From assembly GCF_001194135.2 (NCBI RefSeq), contig NC_068990.1:33053601-33117600 (forward strand): 64,000 nt of DNA, in the 5' to 3' direction. The notes beneath the pieces are model-generated. The model saw nothing but the letters and a program-made list of their open reading frames with translations, had not been told where the DNA came from and searched no databases. This DNA is from Octopus bimaculoides (Eukaryota). Position numbers and translations under genes: made by a program. The stretch's first letter is position 1; each line of letters starts with the position of its first letter. Below are positions 51,660 to 64,000 of the stretch, in pieces.

Positions 51660-52430
51660 TCATCATCATCATTGTCATTTAATGTCTGCTTTCTATGCTG
51701 GCATGGGTTGGACGGTTTGACTGAGGGCTGGCAAGCCAGAAGGTTGCACTAGGCTCCAGTCTGATCTGGCAAAGTTTCTACAGCTGGATGCCCTTCCTAA
51801 TGCCAACCACTCCGAGAATGTAGTGGGTGCTTTTTACATGCGACTGGCATGAGGGTCAGTCAGGTGACACTGGCAATGATCATATATGAATGGTGCTTCT
51901 TGTGTGCTACCAGTATGGGACCAGCCAGGCTGCACTGGCATCAACCACACACGAATGGTGCTTTTTACATGCCATTGGCATGGGTGCCAATCAGATGGTA
52001 CTGTCATCAGCCATAACAATGACTTCACTTGACTCAACAGGTCTTTGCAAGTGCTGTTTATTGCCCGATGATTGAAGGGTACTCTTAAATGGGCTGGTTA
52101 TACTGCACTGGCATAGGCCACAGTTACGGTCTCACTTAGCTTTCCAGATCTTCTCAAGCAGAGCATATCTCCAAAGGTCTCAGTTACTTGTCATCACCTC
52201 TGTGAGGCCCAATGTTCAAAGGTCGGGCTTCACCAACTCATCCCAGGTATTCCTGGGTCTACTTCTTCCACAGGTTCCCTCTACTGCTAGGGTGTGACAC
52301 TTTTTCACACAGTTATCCTCATCCATACGCAACATATGACCATACCAGTGCAGTCACCTCTCTTGCACACAACATCTGATTCTTCTTAAGTCCAACTTTT
52401 CTCTCAGAGCACTTACACTCTGTCATGTAT
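51660..52430 (-). mobile_element. 5'-truncated RTE LINE (ORF end + 3' UTR)
   Basis: 52130-52420 is homologous to the ORF end at 8077-8398 and is contiguous with the family C 3' UTR and (GAT)n tail. This links family C to RTE. Confidence 0.88.
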
Positions 52431-52830
52431 GAACACTGACATTACACATTTACAAGTATAAACAACAGATAAGACATCATCAGGAAATAAACTATTGTTA
52501 ATGACAAGAATATGACATCAAAGAATCCAAAGACCAAGTCTTTAGTGACATGACAGTGCTAAGTATGTATGTTGTCACAATAACATACTTTTGGAGAGGG
52601 GAGATGTAGATGAAAATAAATATCGATGATATTCATACCATCATTAATCCCTGAGAGATAGCCTTGGCAGAATTTGAACACAGAACTTAGGAAGAAGGAA
52701 CTAAAGGCTATAAGACATGTAGTGTAACACCTCACCATCTCTACCACTTTACCATTTCTGTTAATCCATTCATAACTCCAATTTTCTATCACCACTTATC
52801 TGGTTTTCTATTTCCACCATTCTAACAGAT

Positions 52831-52864
<34 letters not shown>

Positions 52865-53075
52865 GTTTCAAATCTTGGCACAAGGCCAGTAATTTCAGTG
52901 AAGGGGATAAATCGATTACATCGACCCCCAGTGTTCAGCTGGTACTTACTTTATAAACTTGAAAAGATAAAATGCACAGTTAATCTCATCAGAATATGAT
53001 CTCAGAACGTAAAGATTGACGAAATGTCACTGAGCATTTTGCCTAACATGCTAATGATTCTGCCAGCTTGGTGCC
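52865..53075 (-). mobile_element. SINE family A between (AAC)n and (GAT/AAT)n tracts
   Basis: tttcaaatcttggcacaagg…atcgaccccc…ttctgccagc. Confidence 0.85.
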
Positions 53076-53114
53076 TTGATGATGATGATGATGGTGGTGA
53101 TGATGATGAAGATG

Positions 53115-53156
<42 letters not shown>

Positions 53157-54289
53157 TACCCGAGAGAACAAAGGGGTCTTTGCTGCTTCACTAAATATTC
53201 TCTAACATCAATGAAATAACAAAGAAAATTATAAAGAAATTCCAAAAATGTTAAAGGAAACCTGTGTCAGTAATATATTAATTTATTAGTAAAATTTGAT
53301 TGCTTTTGTCTCATATAATTAATGTATTGTAAATGTTCACAACAATGCTCAATTAGCCATCATGTTTAAACACACTAATGGAGTACAAGTCAAATCACCA
53401 CCAGACAGACTTAGTTCTCCATAGAAAATAACAACAAATAATATAAATGTAAATCATATTGTTCAGTCCAAAGTTGAAAGAAATGCATACTTTGTAATAA
53501 AATTTCTGAAAAATGGAGTGTGAAAAACTACATGTAGCCAGAACCAAATAAACGATATCCAATGAAAATGATCGCAATTTAACTAACTAACTAAATAAAT
53601 AAATGAATAAATGCATAAATAAATAAATAAATAAATAAATGTATGTATGCATGCATGATCACAATTGAAATAAACGGCTGGAATTTTACTCCTTCAGATG
53701 CTGCAAATAAAACAGAAAATTCAAAAATAAACATGAGAGAAATGCATTTCTGTACTAATTATGTAGTTTACTTAAGCCCAAAATAAGAGTACTACTTAAT
53801 GTACAAAATATCTGCGGAAACAAACTAAAAGAAATTCTGTATCCTGTTGAATATGACATTCATGAAAATATATTTTTAAAATCAAAATATTATCAAGTCT
53901 TAAAATGAGACAATTAAAAGAAAAAAAGCACATTATAAAAATGCAAATAACAAATGAAAAATTCACATGGCCACAGTCAAATGACTGAAAAGAATAAAAA
54001 CAAAAATAAAAAAAATACAAGCAATGGTAATTAAAAGATGGGAAGAGCACTGAGAATGCAAACCAAGAAATACAAAATGAAAAAGCAGCTTAAACTCTTG
54101 TATGAATGAAGATTTCTGACCTACAACAGTTGGACAAGAACTATGCAAAGGAAAGTATGAATAAAAGGAAACATAAGAAAGATCTAAAAATAGTTCATTG
54201 TAAGGGTGGAACTTCTAAATATGGCTGTAACCGAAAGGAGCTTGGACAAGTCCCTTAACACTGTGGGGGTAGTCGGGGTGCTACAGCCA

Positions 54290-54490
54290 TGCAGCATATC
54301 TTGGGTAAGAAAGCCTGGCGGAGCCCATCCCTCTCCAGGCTAAACACATTTCTACAGCTGAGAGGACTGAAGTAATGTGAAATGAAGTGTTTTGCTCAAG
54401 AACACAACAGATCACCCAGTCCAGGGATTGAAACCACAATGTTACAGTCATGAATCCAACACCCCTAACCACTAAGTGATGCACCTTCAC
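54290..54490 (-). mobile_element. tRNA-derived SINE
   Basis: Reverse complement gtgaaggtgcatcacttagtggttagg…ggtttcaatcc…gtgttcttgagcaaaacac. Confidence 0.75.
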
Positions 54491-55279
54491 CAAATGGAGT
54501 GGAAATAGTTAAATAATTATAATTTGTAGTTGTTTCTACAGATTAATGAAAGAGAAATTGTTCCTATAAGCAACAACAATAAAAAGCAAAAACATGACCA
54601 TGATAGATCATTAAAACAGCTACAAATATCAATATCACCAAGATAACCCAAATAATATATGCAACAGCCACAGTAATAACAAAGGAAGGAGGAGATTCTT
54701 TCAGATCTGCTTGTGTTGGAATATCAAAACCCAACTAAACAATAGAGAAAACAAACGTACAGAAAGAAAAAAAAAACTGAAAATAAGAGAAAAAAAATCT
54801 CTCAATCTTTAGTGAAATCGATAAAAGGAGATGGAAATGGAGGAACTGAACAGACAAATGCTATAGAAATATATCAGAAGGAAAATGAAATACTCCAAAG
54901 TAAAAAATGCCTGAAGAGTTCCTCACTATGTTTCAAAGAATCTGTCATTATAAAAAGCGACAATGATTCTTTGAACAAAGCAAGCGGCTCAACTGTAAAC
55001 CAAAATGATTTTATTGAGGACAAAGTAAAAATAAATAGAAATCAATCTAGCGCCAACAGCAACATAAGTAGTAAATTTATGTGGATATGAGGAGGAGGAG
55101 GAGGAGTGACAAAAGGATCACCACCAATGTTCGAAATAACAAGTGCATCATGCGAACAATCGTGAGGCCATATTAACCGAACACTCTAGTGTTTCTCTGA
55201 CTCTTATACTGGTGCTCAAATGTATTCAGAGCCGCGTTTGACATTTTAGTTTGTGTTATCATCATGTCTTCAATTTTAA

Positions 55280-55909
55280 CCATTTAGTGCTCAGATTACT
55301 CTGTCAAATGTAATGCTTATTTATTAAGATTGTCTTAAATTAACCATGCATCATCTTGTAGATTCAAGATTTTAATGATCTGATTGTTTCTTTTTAGAAT
55401 GACATTGTAGGAGAGGTGTGAGGGACCAGATGTGGCTGGTTGGTTTGAACATAAAACTGGTAGAATATTTGGACTGGATTTGTTGTTGTTGTTGTTGGCA
55501 TTCCGTCGCTTACGACGTCGAGGGTTCCAGTTGATCCGATCAACAGAACAGCTTGCTCGTGAAATTAACGTGCAAGTGGCTGAGCACTCCACAGACACGT
55601 GTACCCTTAACGTAGTTCTCGGGGATATATTCAGTGTGACACAGTGTGACAAGGCTGACCCTTTGAATTACAGGCACAACAGAAACAGGAAGTAAGAGTG
55701 AGAGAAAGTTGTGGTGAAAGAGTACAGCAGGGTTCGCCACCATCCCCTGCCGGAGCTTCGTGGAGCTTTAGGTGTTTTCGCTCAATAAACACTCACAATG
55801 CTCGGTCTGGGAATCGAAACCACGATCCTATGACCGCGAGTCTGCTGCCCTAACCACTGGGCCATTGTGCCGCCTTGGACTGGATATGGCTGGTTTAAAT
55901 GCTAAAGGG
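55280..55909 (+). mobile_element. piggyBac-like MITE interrupted by a SINE
   Basis: ttaa|ccatttagtgc…gctaaaggg|ttgc, with a CCC/GGG-type end and a TTAA target on the left. Confidence 0.7.
55480..55874 (-). mobile_element. Young full-length tRNA-derived SINE (family E) with 11-bp TSD
   Basis: TSD ttggactggat at 55469-55479 and 55875-55885. Head ggcggcacaatggcccagtggttaggg…ggtttcgattccc; (CAA)n tail. Confidence 0.92.
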
Positions 55910-56759
55910 TTGCACACAACAGATAATGCCATACCTTGTGCTGTTTTAAATGAGAGAATTTCACTTGGTATGTCTCAGAGAGCTTGCTGTACAACTTGAT
56001 GTAAGGGGGTATTTAATCTACTTCTGTATAAGCAGAAGTCATATAATTTTTTCTTCACTCTCCTTTGGATTAGTTCCTGTGGCTGTTGAGTTTACAAAAT
56101 TCTCCTATTTACACTTTTATCTTTGAAACTGTAGCACATCCAAAATTTCCATCTGTTCCTTTTGTATTGTAGGAAAGTTTGTCATTACACAGTCACAATA
56201 TGAATGGACTACAGCATTTGGAATCATGCAAAAGTCTTTTCATTGTTGTTGTTACTGCTGTCATTGTCTTCTCAATGATTTATTTTAGTATCTGGGACAT
56301 TTTTCAATTAACTGTTCAATATGCTATTCATTTTCTTCTTCCTCTTTTACATTTAGCTCTGCATTTTGGTACTGTGCTTTTCTTTTTTAGCCATTGTAGT
56401 GTTTGGTTTTGCAGCATAATTAAGTGTGGTAACCAGGCAACCATTTTGGATATAAAAAATGTCAAGTGTGTAAATAAAATTTTGAAAGTTTGTGAACCAG
56501 ACCCCCTTTTTGTTCCTGTTGTCTGACCCTGGGTATCGAGGGTAGCTATTCCTTAAAAAATAATTACATTTCTTTTTACAAGTATTCCAAAGAAAATTTC
56601 ATTCGGTAATGTTTGGCTAAATTATGTTTTGAAACAAGTGAAAGGATATCTCCTTACTACAAGAGTTGAATGATGATGATGATGACAATGGTGGTGGTGA
56701 TGATGATGATGATGATGATGATGACAATGGCGATGATGATGATGATGATGATGATGACT

Positions 56760-56980
56760 CTTTCAGATTTTGGCATAAGGCCGGCACTTTTCAAGAGAGA
56801 AAGCAAGTCAATTATATCAACCTTGTATTTGACTGATTCTTTATTTTATTTGATTCCAGAGGGATGAAAACCAAAGTTGGCCTTGGTGGGATTTGAACTC
56901 AGAACGTAAAGAGTTGTAAGAAATGCTGCTAAGCATTTTTGTCTGACTTGCTAATGGTTCTGCCAGCTTGCTGCCTTAAT
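56760..56980 (-). mobile_element. SINE family A next to (GAT)n
   Basis: tttcagattttggcataagg…gatttgaactcagaacg…ttctgccagcttgctgcctt. Confidence 0.85.
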
Positions 56981-58595
56981 AACCAAAATGATATTTGATT
57001 ACGACAGAAGGAATCCAAATATAGTTTAGGTAGAGAGGTGCCCTTGTACATGACTGGTACATGAAGAAGTTTAGCTTCATCTACTAGTCATAAGGTATTA
57101 TGCTGAGAGAGAAAGGGTAGGAGGAGGGGCCGAATGTATGTGAGAGAAGCAATAGGTTGTTATGGTGCTGTTCTTGTCAGAGTTTTAATGAAAGGCAGTT
57201 CAGTTTCGAACAACCAATCTTTTTTTCAGACATGGTGTACCGTGATCTACATAATATGATATGCCTTTTAGAAAATGACAGAGTGTGCTTTGAGGGATGT
57301 TTAGCTACTATGTCCAGCAGGTTGAACAACTGCATAATGTTTACAACATTTTAGTAATGGAAAAAATATTAGAGAAATAGTGTGTGGTTCTATAGATATG
57401 AGGTAGATAGGAATGATATAAGGTATAGGTGAAGTTTGGGTAGGTTCTTCAAGGTTGCTACAGTGAATAGAGGAGGGTAGAAACAGGTAAAGTGCCTCAC
57501 TCCTACCTCTAAGCAATAACCACACCCTTACAAATACAGACAATGCTTTTAAAGAGACAATTCTACTTGACATCAAGTGATAGTTGAAGAGATAAATTAG
57601 CAATAAGTTGGTCTGTCATATTTGGCATTCGTCCCATTATTATTAATGGGACAGTCAATTAAGCATTATATCATGATACTGAAAAACAAACCAAATATAG
57701 AAATAGTGGCATTAACCTCTCTATCTTTCTTTCCTTCTCTCCCTCTCTCTCACACACACACACTCTCTCTCACACACACACTCTCTCTCCTCTCCACTTC
57801 CATCTTTAAACTGCATAATTTCAGAAGGCCCAAGGCCAAATGAGAACCTCACTAACAACATTTCATTGTGACTCTCAATAATGATTTGGCAAATTATTAT
57901 TGGAAATTTTCAAAACAGTCAAGTATTTTGGAAGGATTTGGCTCATGTTTAACTGACTTATCTCTCTTAATTGCATTCTAAAATGATGTAACATCAAGAG
58001 AGATCATGGAAATCACTGGAAGCTTCAGTGAAAATAGACAATAGAAACGTTGTTAGTAGAGATCTCATCTTTCACCTCACATTATTATTTCATTTCAAGA
58101 ATAGTGAAAGAAAGAAATTACAAAATATATAAAAATTATGGGTTTTTGTATGTGTGTATCTTTTTTTTTAATGGAAAGATTTGTGATACATCAGGAAATT
58201 AAAAGTTCTTTAAATTTCTTTCGTTCTCTTTCGGTATTTCTTAGTAATTTGGTTTTGGAAATGGCTGAATAAAGTTCCTGTGTGTTTTAATGAATGATTT
58301 CGTGGAGGAAATTTAAGAAATGACCTTCAGAAAATAAATGAAGGAAGCAATTTTGGTTTTAAAGTTTCTTGATCAATTTTTCAATATGATTTGTTGCTAA
58401 AAATACAAAGAAAGAGGTGGAGGAATCAACAACAACAACAAACAAACAGAGAAAAAAGAACAAATGTTTTCTGCTTGTAAATAATTTAGAAATCAAGAAG
58501 AACTGTCAGAAAACCAGAAAAAACGAAACACAGGAGAATATAGCAGTAACACAATAACTCTCTCACTCACTCTCTCTCTCTCTCTCTCTCTCTCG

Positions 58596-58628
<33 letters not shown>

Positions 58629-58632
58629 CACA

Positions 58633-58693
<61 letters not shown>

Positions 58694-59164
58694 ACATGCA
58701 GGCATAGACGCTCACAGTTTGAAGTATTCTGTTACATTCATTCTACTTTCAAACTATGTCATGCTTCTAGAATCACTAATACAAGTAACAGTCAAATACT
58801 AGAGTTAATTTCATAAGCTGTGTCCACCTCTGACAATTCTGGCTCTGTGCCAATATCAGAAATTGTTAGCAAAAGTTGCTAGCGCCTACTCAAGCCTAGT
58901 ATCTTAGGGTATTTCATTATGTTCTTTAAATTTCTGAGTACATGTCCAGCGAGAGCTGACATTGTCATTCATATTTCTGTAATAACATTAATACACAATA
59001 TTTGTGTAATAACATAAGTAGTTGTCAAGTACTGGAGTTGGTTGGAGCAATTTTTCCCTCCCCACAAAATACGGCCTATTGTCTGAATAATAATAACAAT
59101 AATAACAACAACGATGATGATGATGACAATGACAATGATGATGATAATAATAATATTGGAAGTA

Positions 59165-59392
59165 TTGGGTTGTCCGGAAAGTTCGTGCCAATTTTTAAAG
59201 GAAAGAAAAAGGTCAATAAATACTTGCCATTACATTTTTAATCAACCAAATATGAACCATTTTGTTGCACAATGCATCTCTATCTTTTCTTTAACTTGAA
59301 AATACCCTCTTCCCAGAATTGTGATGCTTTCATGGTAAAAAAGTTGAAAGGTAAGCTACTATAAATTGGCACAAACTTTCCAGACAACCCAA
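59165..59392 (-). mobile_element. mariner-derived MITE
   Basis: 30-bp TIRs ttgggttgtccggaaagttcgtgccaattt, 2 mismatches; TA TSD at 59163-59164 and 59393-59394. Internal minus-strand FWEEGIFKL…CIVQQNGSY is a mariner C-terminus. Confidence 0.92.
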
Positions 59393-59399
59393 TATTATC

Positions 59400-59812
59400 A
59401 TGTATATTGTTTTCTCTTGGTATAAAAGATGGGCTACAGCAAATATTCTGCTCAATACTACAGATTTGCTTGTCAGTTATTTGACCTTAACTAGTTGAGC
59501 ATGTCCCTTAGTGCCTGATGATATGTGTATCTGATCACAAAGCAGAAGTAGTGGGGAGCATCATAGCCATGTGTTCAAAGGAAACATGGGTGTTTCATTC
59601 AACATCCTTAAACAACCCTTATTCGGAGACCTTTAGAGCAAGGTGGGCTACTCAACCAGAAGAAAATTCTAACTGGGTCCTACCTGCAAGGTCATGAGCT
59701 GTTTATCTTGATATGAGATTACCATATTGCACACATATGGTTGTGATGCATGTACCTGGTGTACTCTTATCAAATTGGTAGTCATGATGGGTATACTGGG
59801 CTTTGTAGCCTG
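59400..59812 (-). mobile_element. Repeat family D, partial
   Basis: ttggtataaaagatgggctacagc…gtagtcatgatgggtatactgggc. Confidence 0.85.
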
Positions 59813-59859
59813 ATGGATGTGAACCATTTGGCAGAAAAATATACTTTTCTTCTCTAGGT

Positions 59860-60035
59860 ACAAGGCCCAAAATTTTTGGGGAGGGGGCCAGTCGATTAGA
59901 TCGACCCCAGTATGCAACTGGTACTTAATTTATTGACCCAGAAAGGATGAAAGGCAAAGTCAACCTAAGCAGAATTTGAATTCAAAATGTAAAGACAGAT
60001 GAAATACCGCTAAGCATTTCTGCCAGCTCGCTGCA
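59860..60035 (-). mobile_element. SINE family A
   Basis: aggtacaaggcccaaa…tcgaccccag…ctaagcatttctgccagctcg. Confidence 0.85.
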
Positions 60036-61254
60036 TTTTGGCAGAAGAATATATTGAATCAATGATGAATATCATAGATGCTGAGTGGATGAACAGATAA
60101 CAAACTGTCAACAGCCAGGATCAACTAGTTCACTTAGTGAACTACTGCTATCATCTGTAGTCATGGTATGTGCAGATGAGATATTTCAGCTAGTGAAAGG
60201 CCAATGTGACTAAAATCCAGGCCAAAACATTCATGCTTCATTGCTTAATCAGGAAGCCTGGTGTGGAAGAGTTACATTGGTCTGGGCAAGTGACCCAACT
60301 GGCTGTAGCACCAGTCAATTTTCATTGAACTAATTCTTTGATCCTCTCCTGAAACCTTTCTATGCTTACCACAAGGATGACAAATGAAAGTAAAAAAAAT
60401 TCTGTTAGAAGAATATTACATAGGAATCACTGGATTGATGTGTCTGAGACACATGAAGTGACATTCTATGAATATCCAGGTTATCACCACCATAACAACT
60501 ACTTCATAATTTGGAGTATTATATTCTTTCCCATTACAGACATTACCAGACAATTGAGTAAAGCTTTCATTAAGATGACTTTCCTTTACATTTTAATATG
60601 ATTAACATGACCTTACTCTCCATCATAATATCATTAACGTGACACTATTCTCCATTGTGTCTACAGCAGTATATAAATTGGCTCTTTCTACGAATTACTT
60701 TTTATGGGGGAAGAGTTATTATAATCTTTTTTTCCTCCTTAGCAATTCTAACTTGTCATTTTACACTATTTTTGTTTGTTTTATTTCTGTTTATTTATTT
60801 CTGTATTTGTCTGAAATATTTCTGTAAATTGTTATCATTTCAAAGAATTCACAATAAATCAACAGAAGAGTCGTTTTATGGAAGAATATATCAGATTTTG
60901 CCAGAATGACATGATGAAGATATTGCAGTAGAGAGAAGGACGCTGGTGCCAGGGTATTTAGTTCCTGTGACCAACTCTATAGTGACCAACTCTATAGTGC
61001 ATGCACCCTTCTCTACAACTTCCTTCAATTTTATGTTCCCAATTCAAATGCTGCTGAGATCGACTCTACCTTTTATCCTTTTGGGGTCGATAAAATAAGT
61101 ACCAGTTGAGCACTGGAGTCGATGTGATCGACTTAGTTCCCTTCTCTTAAATTGCTGACCTTGTGCCAAAATTTGAAACTAATGTTAGCAAGAAGTAATA
61201 ATAATAATAATAATATTAATAATAATAATAATTATTATTATTATTATTATTGAG

Positions 61255-61765
61255 AGAGCAAAAAAGTGGTACGAACATAAACTTGAAGGCACCATCGAAA
61301 ATGATAATGCAAAAATCCCATGGGATTTTATGATTCAGTGTGACCAGGAGATAGAAAATAGGTAACCAGACATAGTGTTAATTGAGAAAGAAAGCAAATG
61401 ATGCTGGATTACAGATATAGCATGCCCAGCTGACAACAAGGTATGTGATAAGGAAGAAAGAAAAGTCGAAAGATATAACAGTTTAGATTGGGAGGTGAAG
61501 CAGTTGTGGTCATTGAAAAAGGTGGTAGTAATACCAATAATTGTCAGAGCCCTGGGAACAGTGAGTAAAAATCTTGAGAAGGACACGGAACAAATAGGGG
61601 CTGCAATAAGGGTGGAGCACTTGCAGAAGACAGCACTGCTTGGAACCACTTGAATACTCTGGATGGTGCTTGAAAAATAAGTGGTGTTACCTTAGTTCAC
61701 TGATAGTGAAGAGTTGGCACCGTAGTACATCTCCAGCATTAGAAGTAGTGCAAAGACAATATGAT
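61255..61765 (+). mobile_element. R4/Dong-clade non-LTR retrotransposon 3' end (restriction-like endonuclease)
   Basis: KWYEHK…ENDNAKIPWDF.IQCD…R*PDIVL…IDIACP-like…KVERY…VIPIIV.ALG…LQKTALLGT, the PD..D RLE domain. Flanked by (AAT)/(ATT) repeats. Confidence 0.88.
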
Positions 61766-61786
61766 AATAATTATAAAATAATGATA

Positions 61787-61980
61787 ATCCTTTCTATTAT
61801 AGGCACAAGGCCTGAAATTTGCAGGGAAGGATAAGCTGATTACATTGACTACAGTGTGTAACTGGTACTTATTTAATCGACCTCAAAAGAATGAAAGGCA
61901 AAGTCAGCCTTGACGTAATTTGAACTCAGAATGCAGCAGCATTTGCCAAACATGCTAATGATTCTGCCAGCTCACCACCC
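61787..61980 (-). mobile_element. SINE family A between AAT tracts
   Basis: cctttctattataggcacaaggcctg…ttctgccagctcaccacc taataataat. Confidence 0.85.
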
Positions 61981-62049
61981 TAATAATAATAATGATAATA
62001 ATAATAATGATGATGACGATGATGATGATGATGATGACGATGATGATGA

Positions 62050-62609
62050 TAAATGCGCTGATGGAATATCAGGCAGTGACTCTCATGGCTTCTGATCTTA
62101 ACTGATTGGAAGTGTTATCATGTGCATTATTTTGTCTTGGTATAACAGATGGGCTACAGCAAATATTCTGCTCAACATTACAGATTTTCTTGTCGGTTGC
62201 TTGACCTTAACCAGTTGAGCATGTCCCTTAGTGACTGACAATATGTGCATCTCTGATCATGAGCAGAAGTACTGGGGGAGCATCATAACCATGTGTTGAG
62301 AGGAATTCTTTGGGGTTTGGATAATCCACTTCTGGGAACATGGGTGTTTCACTCAACATCCTCAAACAACCCTTATTCAGGGACCTTTTGAGTAGGATGG
62401 GCTACTCAACCTGAAGAAAATTCTAACTGGGTCCCACCTGCAAGGTCATGCGCTGTTTATCTTGATATGAGATCACCATGTTGCACACATATGATTGTGA
62501 TGCATGTGCCTGGTGTACCCTTATCAGACAGGTAGTCATGATGGGTATATTGGGCTTTGAATATTTGTACCTCAGTGTCACTCTGATGGCATGCACTGCT
62601 CTCTCATTC

Positions 62610-62610
<1 letters not shown>
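62050..62610 (-). mobile_element. Repeat family D, full-length
   Basis: (gat)n…ctctcatggcttctgatcttaactgattgg…gcactgctctctcattc (aat)n. Confidence 0.88.
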
Positions 62611-62646
<36 letters not shown>

Positions 62647-63222
62647 TTTTATAAAGATTGACATAACTCTTCACAAAGGTAAATAGACAATAAGAAGAGT
62701 ACGGTACATCAAACCAATAAATAATCTATTACATTCAAATTGCGCTCTTCTTATTGTTTAATAATAACAATAATAATAATAATGAGAATAGAGTGTCCAG
62801 TAGAACTATTTGCCCCCTTGGCATGGCCAAAATCATCAAGAAAGTATTAGATAATTGAAAAAGAACAGATAGCATGGTATTGTATGCTGCAGGTAGTAAA
62901 TCTGTATTGCATGCAAGATCCTAGGAGTTCCAACAAAACCCAACTTATAATAATAATGATGATGATAATAGTAATAATATTTTTTTCTAATTTAGGCAAC
63001 TGATCGACAATGTAGGGGGTGCAGTTTAGTGAATTAAATGAACCCCGGTACTTCACTAGTACTTTTTTTTTATGAACTCCCAAAAGATGTAAGCCAAAGT
63101 TAACCTCAACAGGATTTGAACTCAGTATGTAAAGAATGTGAGGAGCCAGAATAAATTCCACAAAGCAGTTTCTTGAACAGTAATGAATTTACCAATCCAC
63201 CACTTTTAATAATAACAATGAT

Positions 63223-63586
63223 AAACAAGAGTATTCAGAGAGTGCAGACCTCAACCAAGGCAACACCAATGTCCTCTCAATGATTAGCCAAAGATGATTT
63301 TTAAAATGAGAATATCTGAAATAAACTTGACTGCTCTCGTAAATGAGAATACTAAAAATGAGCCCGACTGCTCTCAAAAATAAATAAAAAAACAGAAAAA
63401 AAAAAATCCAGAATCCTTGTCCGGTACTGGATTAATCTCAAAATCTAATCAGTTTGTGTCAGTCATGAGGCCAAACATCCCTGAAAGTTTCATCCGAATC
63501 CATCCAGTGGTTCTTGAGATATCTTGTTCATGGACAAACAAACATGACTGCAAACAATACCTCTGCCTTCGCTAAGGCGGAGGTAA
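63223..63586 (+). mobile_element. Helentron/HINE-like non-autonomous rolling-circle element
   Basis: 5' aaacaagag…gacctcaaccaagg; (caaa)n microsatellite; 3' GC-rich hairpin acctctgcctt-cgct-aaggcggaggt (63559-63584); A-rich flanks. Confidence 0.6.
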
Positions 63587-64000
63587 GAAAAAAAAAAACC
63601 TTAGTTAGTTCCTTAAAATGCCTTGAGCTATAAAATGAACATTTATTTAGTCATAGTGGACCAGTAAAAATGGAATGTAAACTATTCCTTGTTTGTTCTT
63701 CTCAACAACGTTGAAAGATAGAATTTTATCCATTGTTCTGAATAAAAATTCCTCAATATGTGTCCAGAGTATTTTCTAAAAGATCAGAGAAAAGAATTCA
63801 ACAAAAAAACCAACCATCTTTGACAGGAAAGCAGAGAGTAGTACACTGACAGACAGTTTTGGATGATGGTTCTTTGTTCTGTGTAAACCAAAATTTATTT
63901 CAGTGTTTCCCAAGACACTATGTCTTGGGAAACACAACGACAGCTTGAGAATTAATGACAAAATAAAATCTCTAATTCTAAATGGCTTTCAAGAAACTAT

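Noticed and set aside
55790-55874. tRNA-like sequence with A and B boxes
   Set aside because: It is the head of a SINE with TSD and tail, and lacks a complete acceptor stem; not a tRNA gene.
62076-62110. ctctcatggcttctgatcttaactgattgg superficially resembles the expected upstream AGBL4 exon (SLMGFDLNRHW)
   Set aside because: It is part of repeat family D (also at about 40480 and 42210 in reverse), is on the wrong strand for AGBL4 at this copy, and has an in-frame stop.

Overview
AT-rich, microsatellite- and transposon-dense eukaryotic scaffold with nine N-gaps. The SINE, LINE and MITE landscape looks like a coleoid cephalopod, probably Octopus; this is inferred from repeat content. Only one host coding exon is clearly recognisable: a 203-nt minus-strand exon (38227-38429) of the cytosolic carboxypeptidase AGBL4/CCP6 (…EFYIDIHAHSTLMNGFMYGN…FNRDAVKAGTGR), so most of the window is probably intronic. 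A decayed tandem duplicate of the 3' half of that exon, with its donor site, lies 479 bp downstream. The rest is decayed mobile DNA: mariner, Tc1, pogo-like, Chapaev3-like, hAT and piggyBac-like DNA elements, a Helentron-like element, RTE, Tx1/L1, R4/Dong and Penelope-like retroelements, and several tRNA-derived SINE families. The most intriguing non-standard features are a 361-bp terminally redundant unit carrying a type I hammerhead-like motif (retrozyme/PLE-pLTR-like, 5349-5747), a second hammerhead-like motif (12818-12864), an unclassified ~570-bp repeat bounded by triplet microsatellites and clustered with an R4/Dong fragment, and a 16-bp minisatellite made of GTAAGT donor motifs. Most ORFs in the supplied track are microsatellite or N-gap artefacts. 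Repeat boundaries are approximate unless TIRs or TSDs are quoted.
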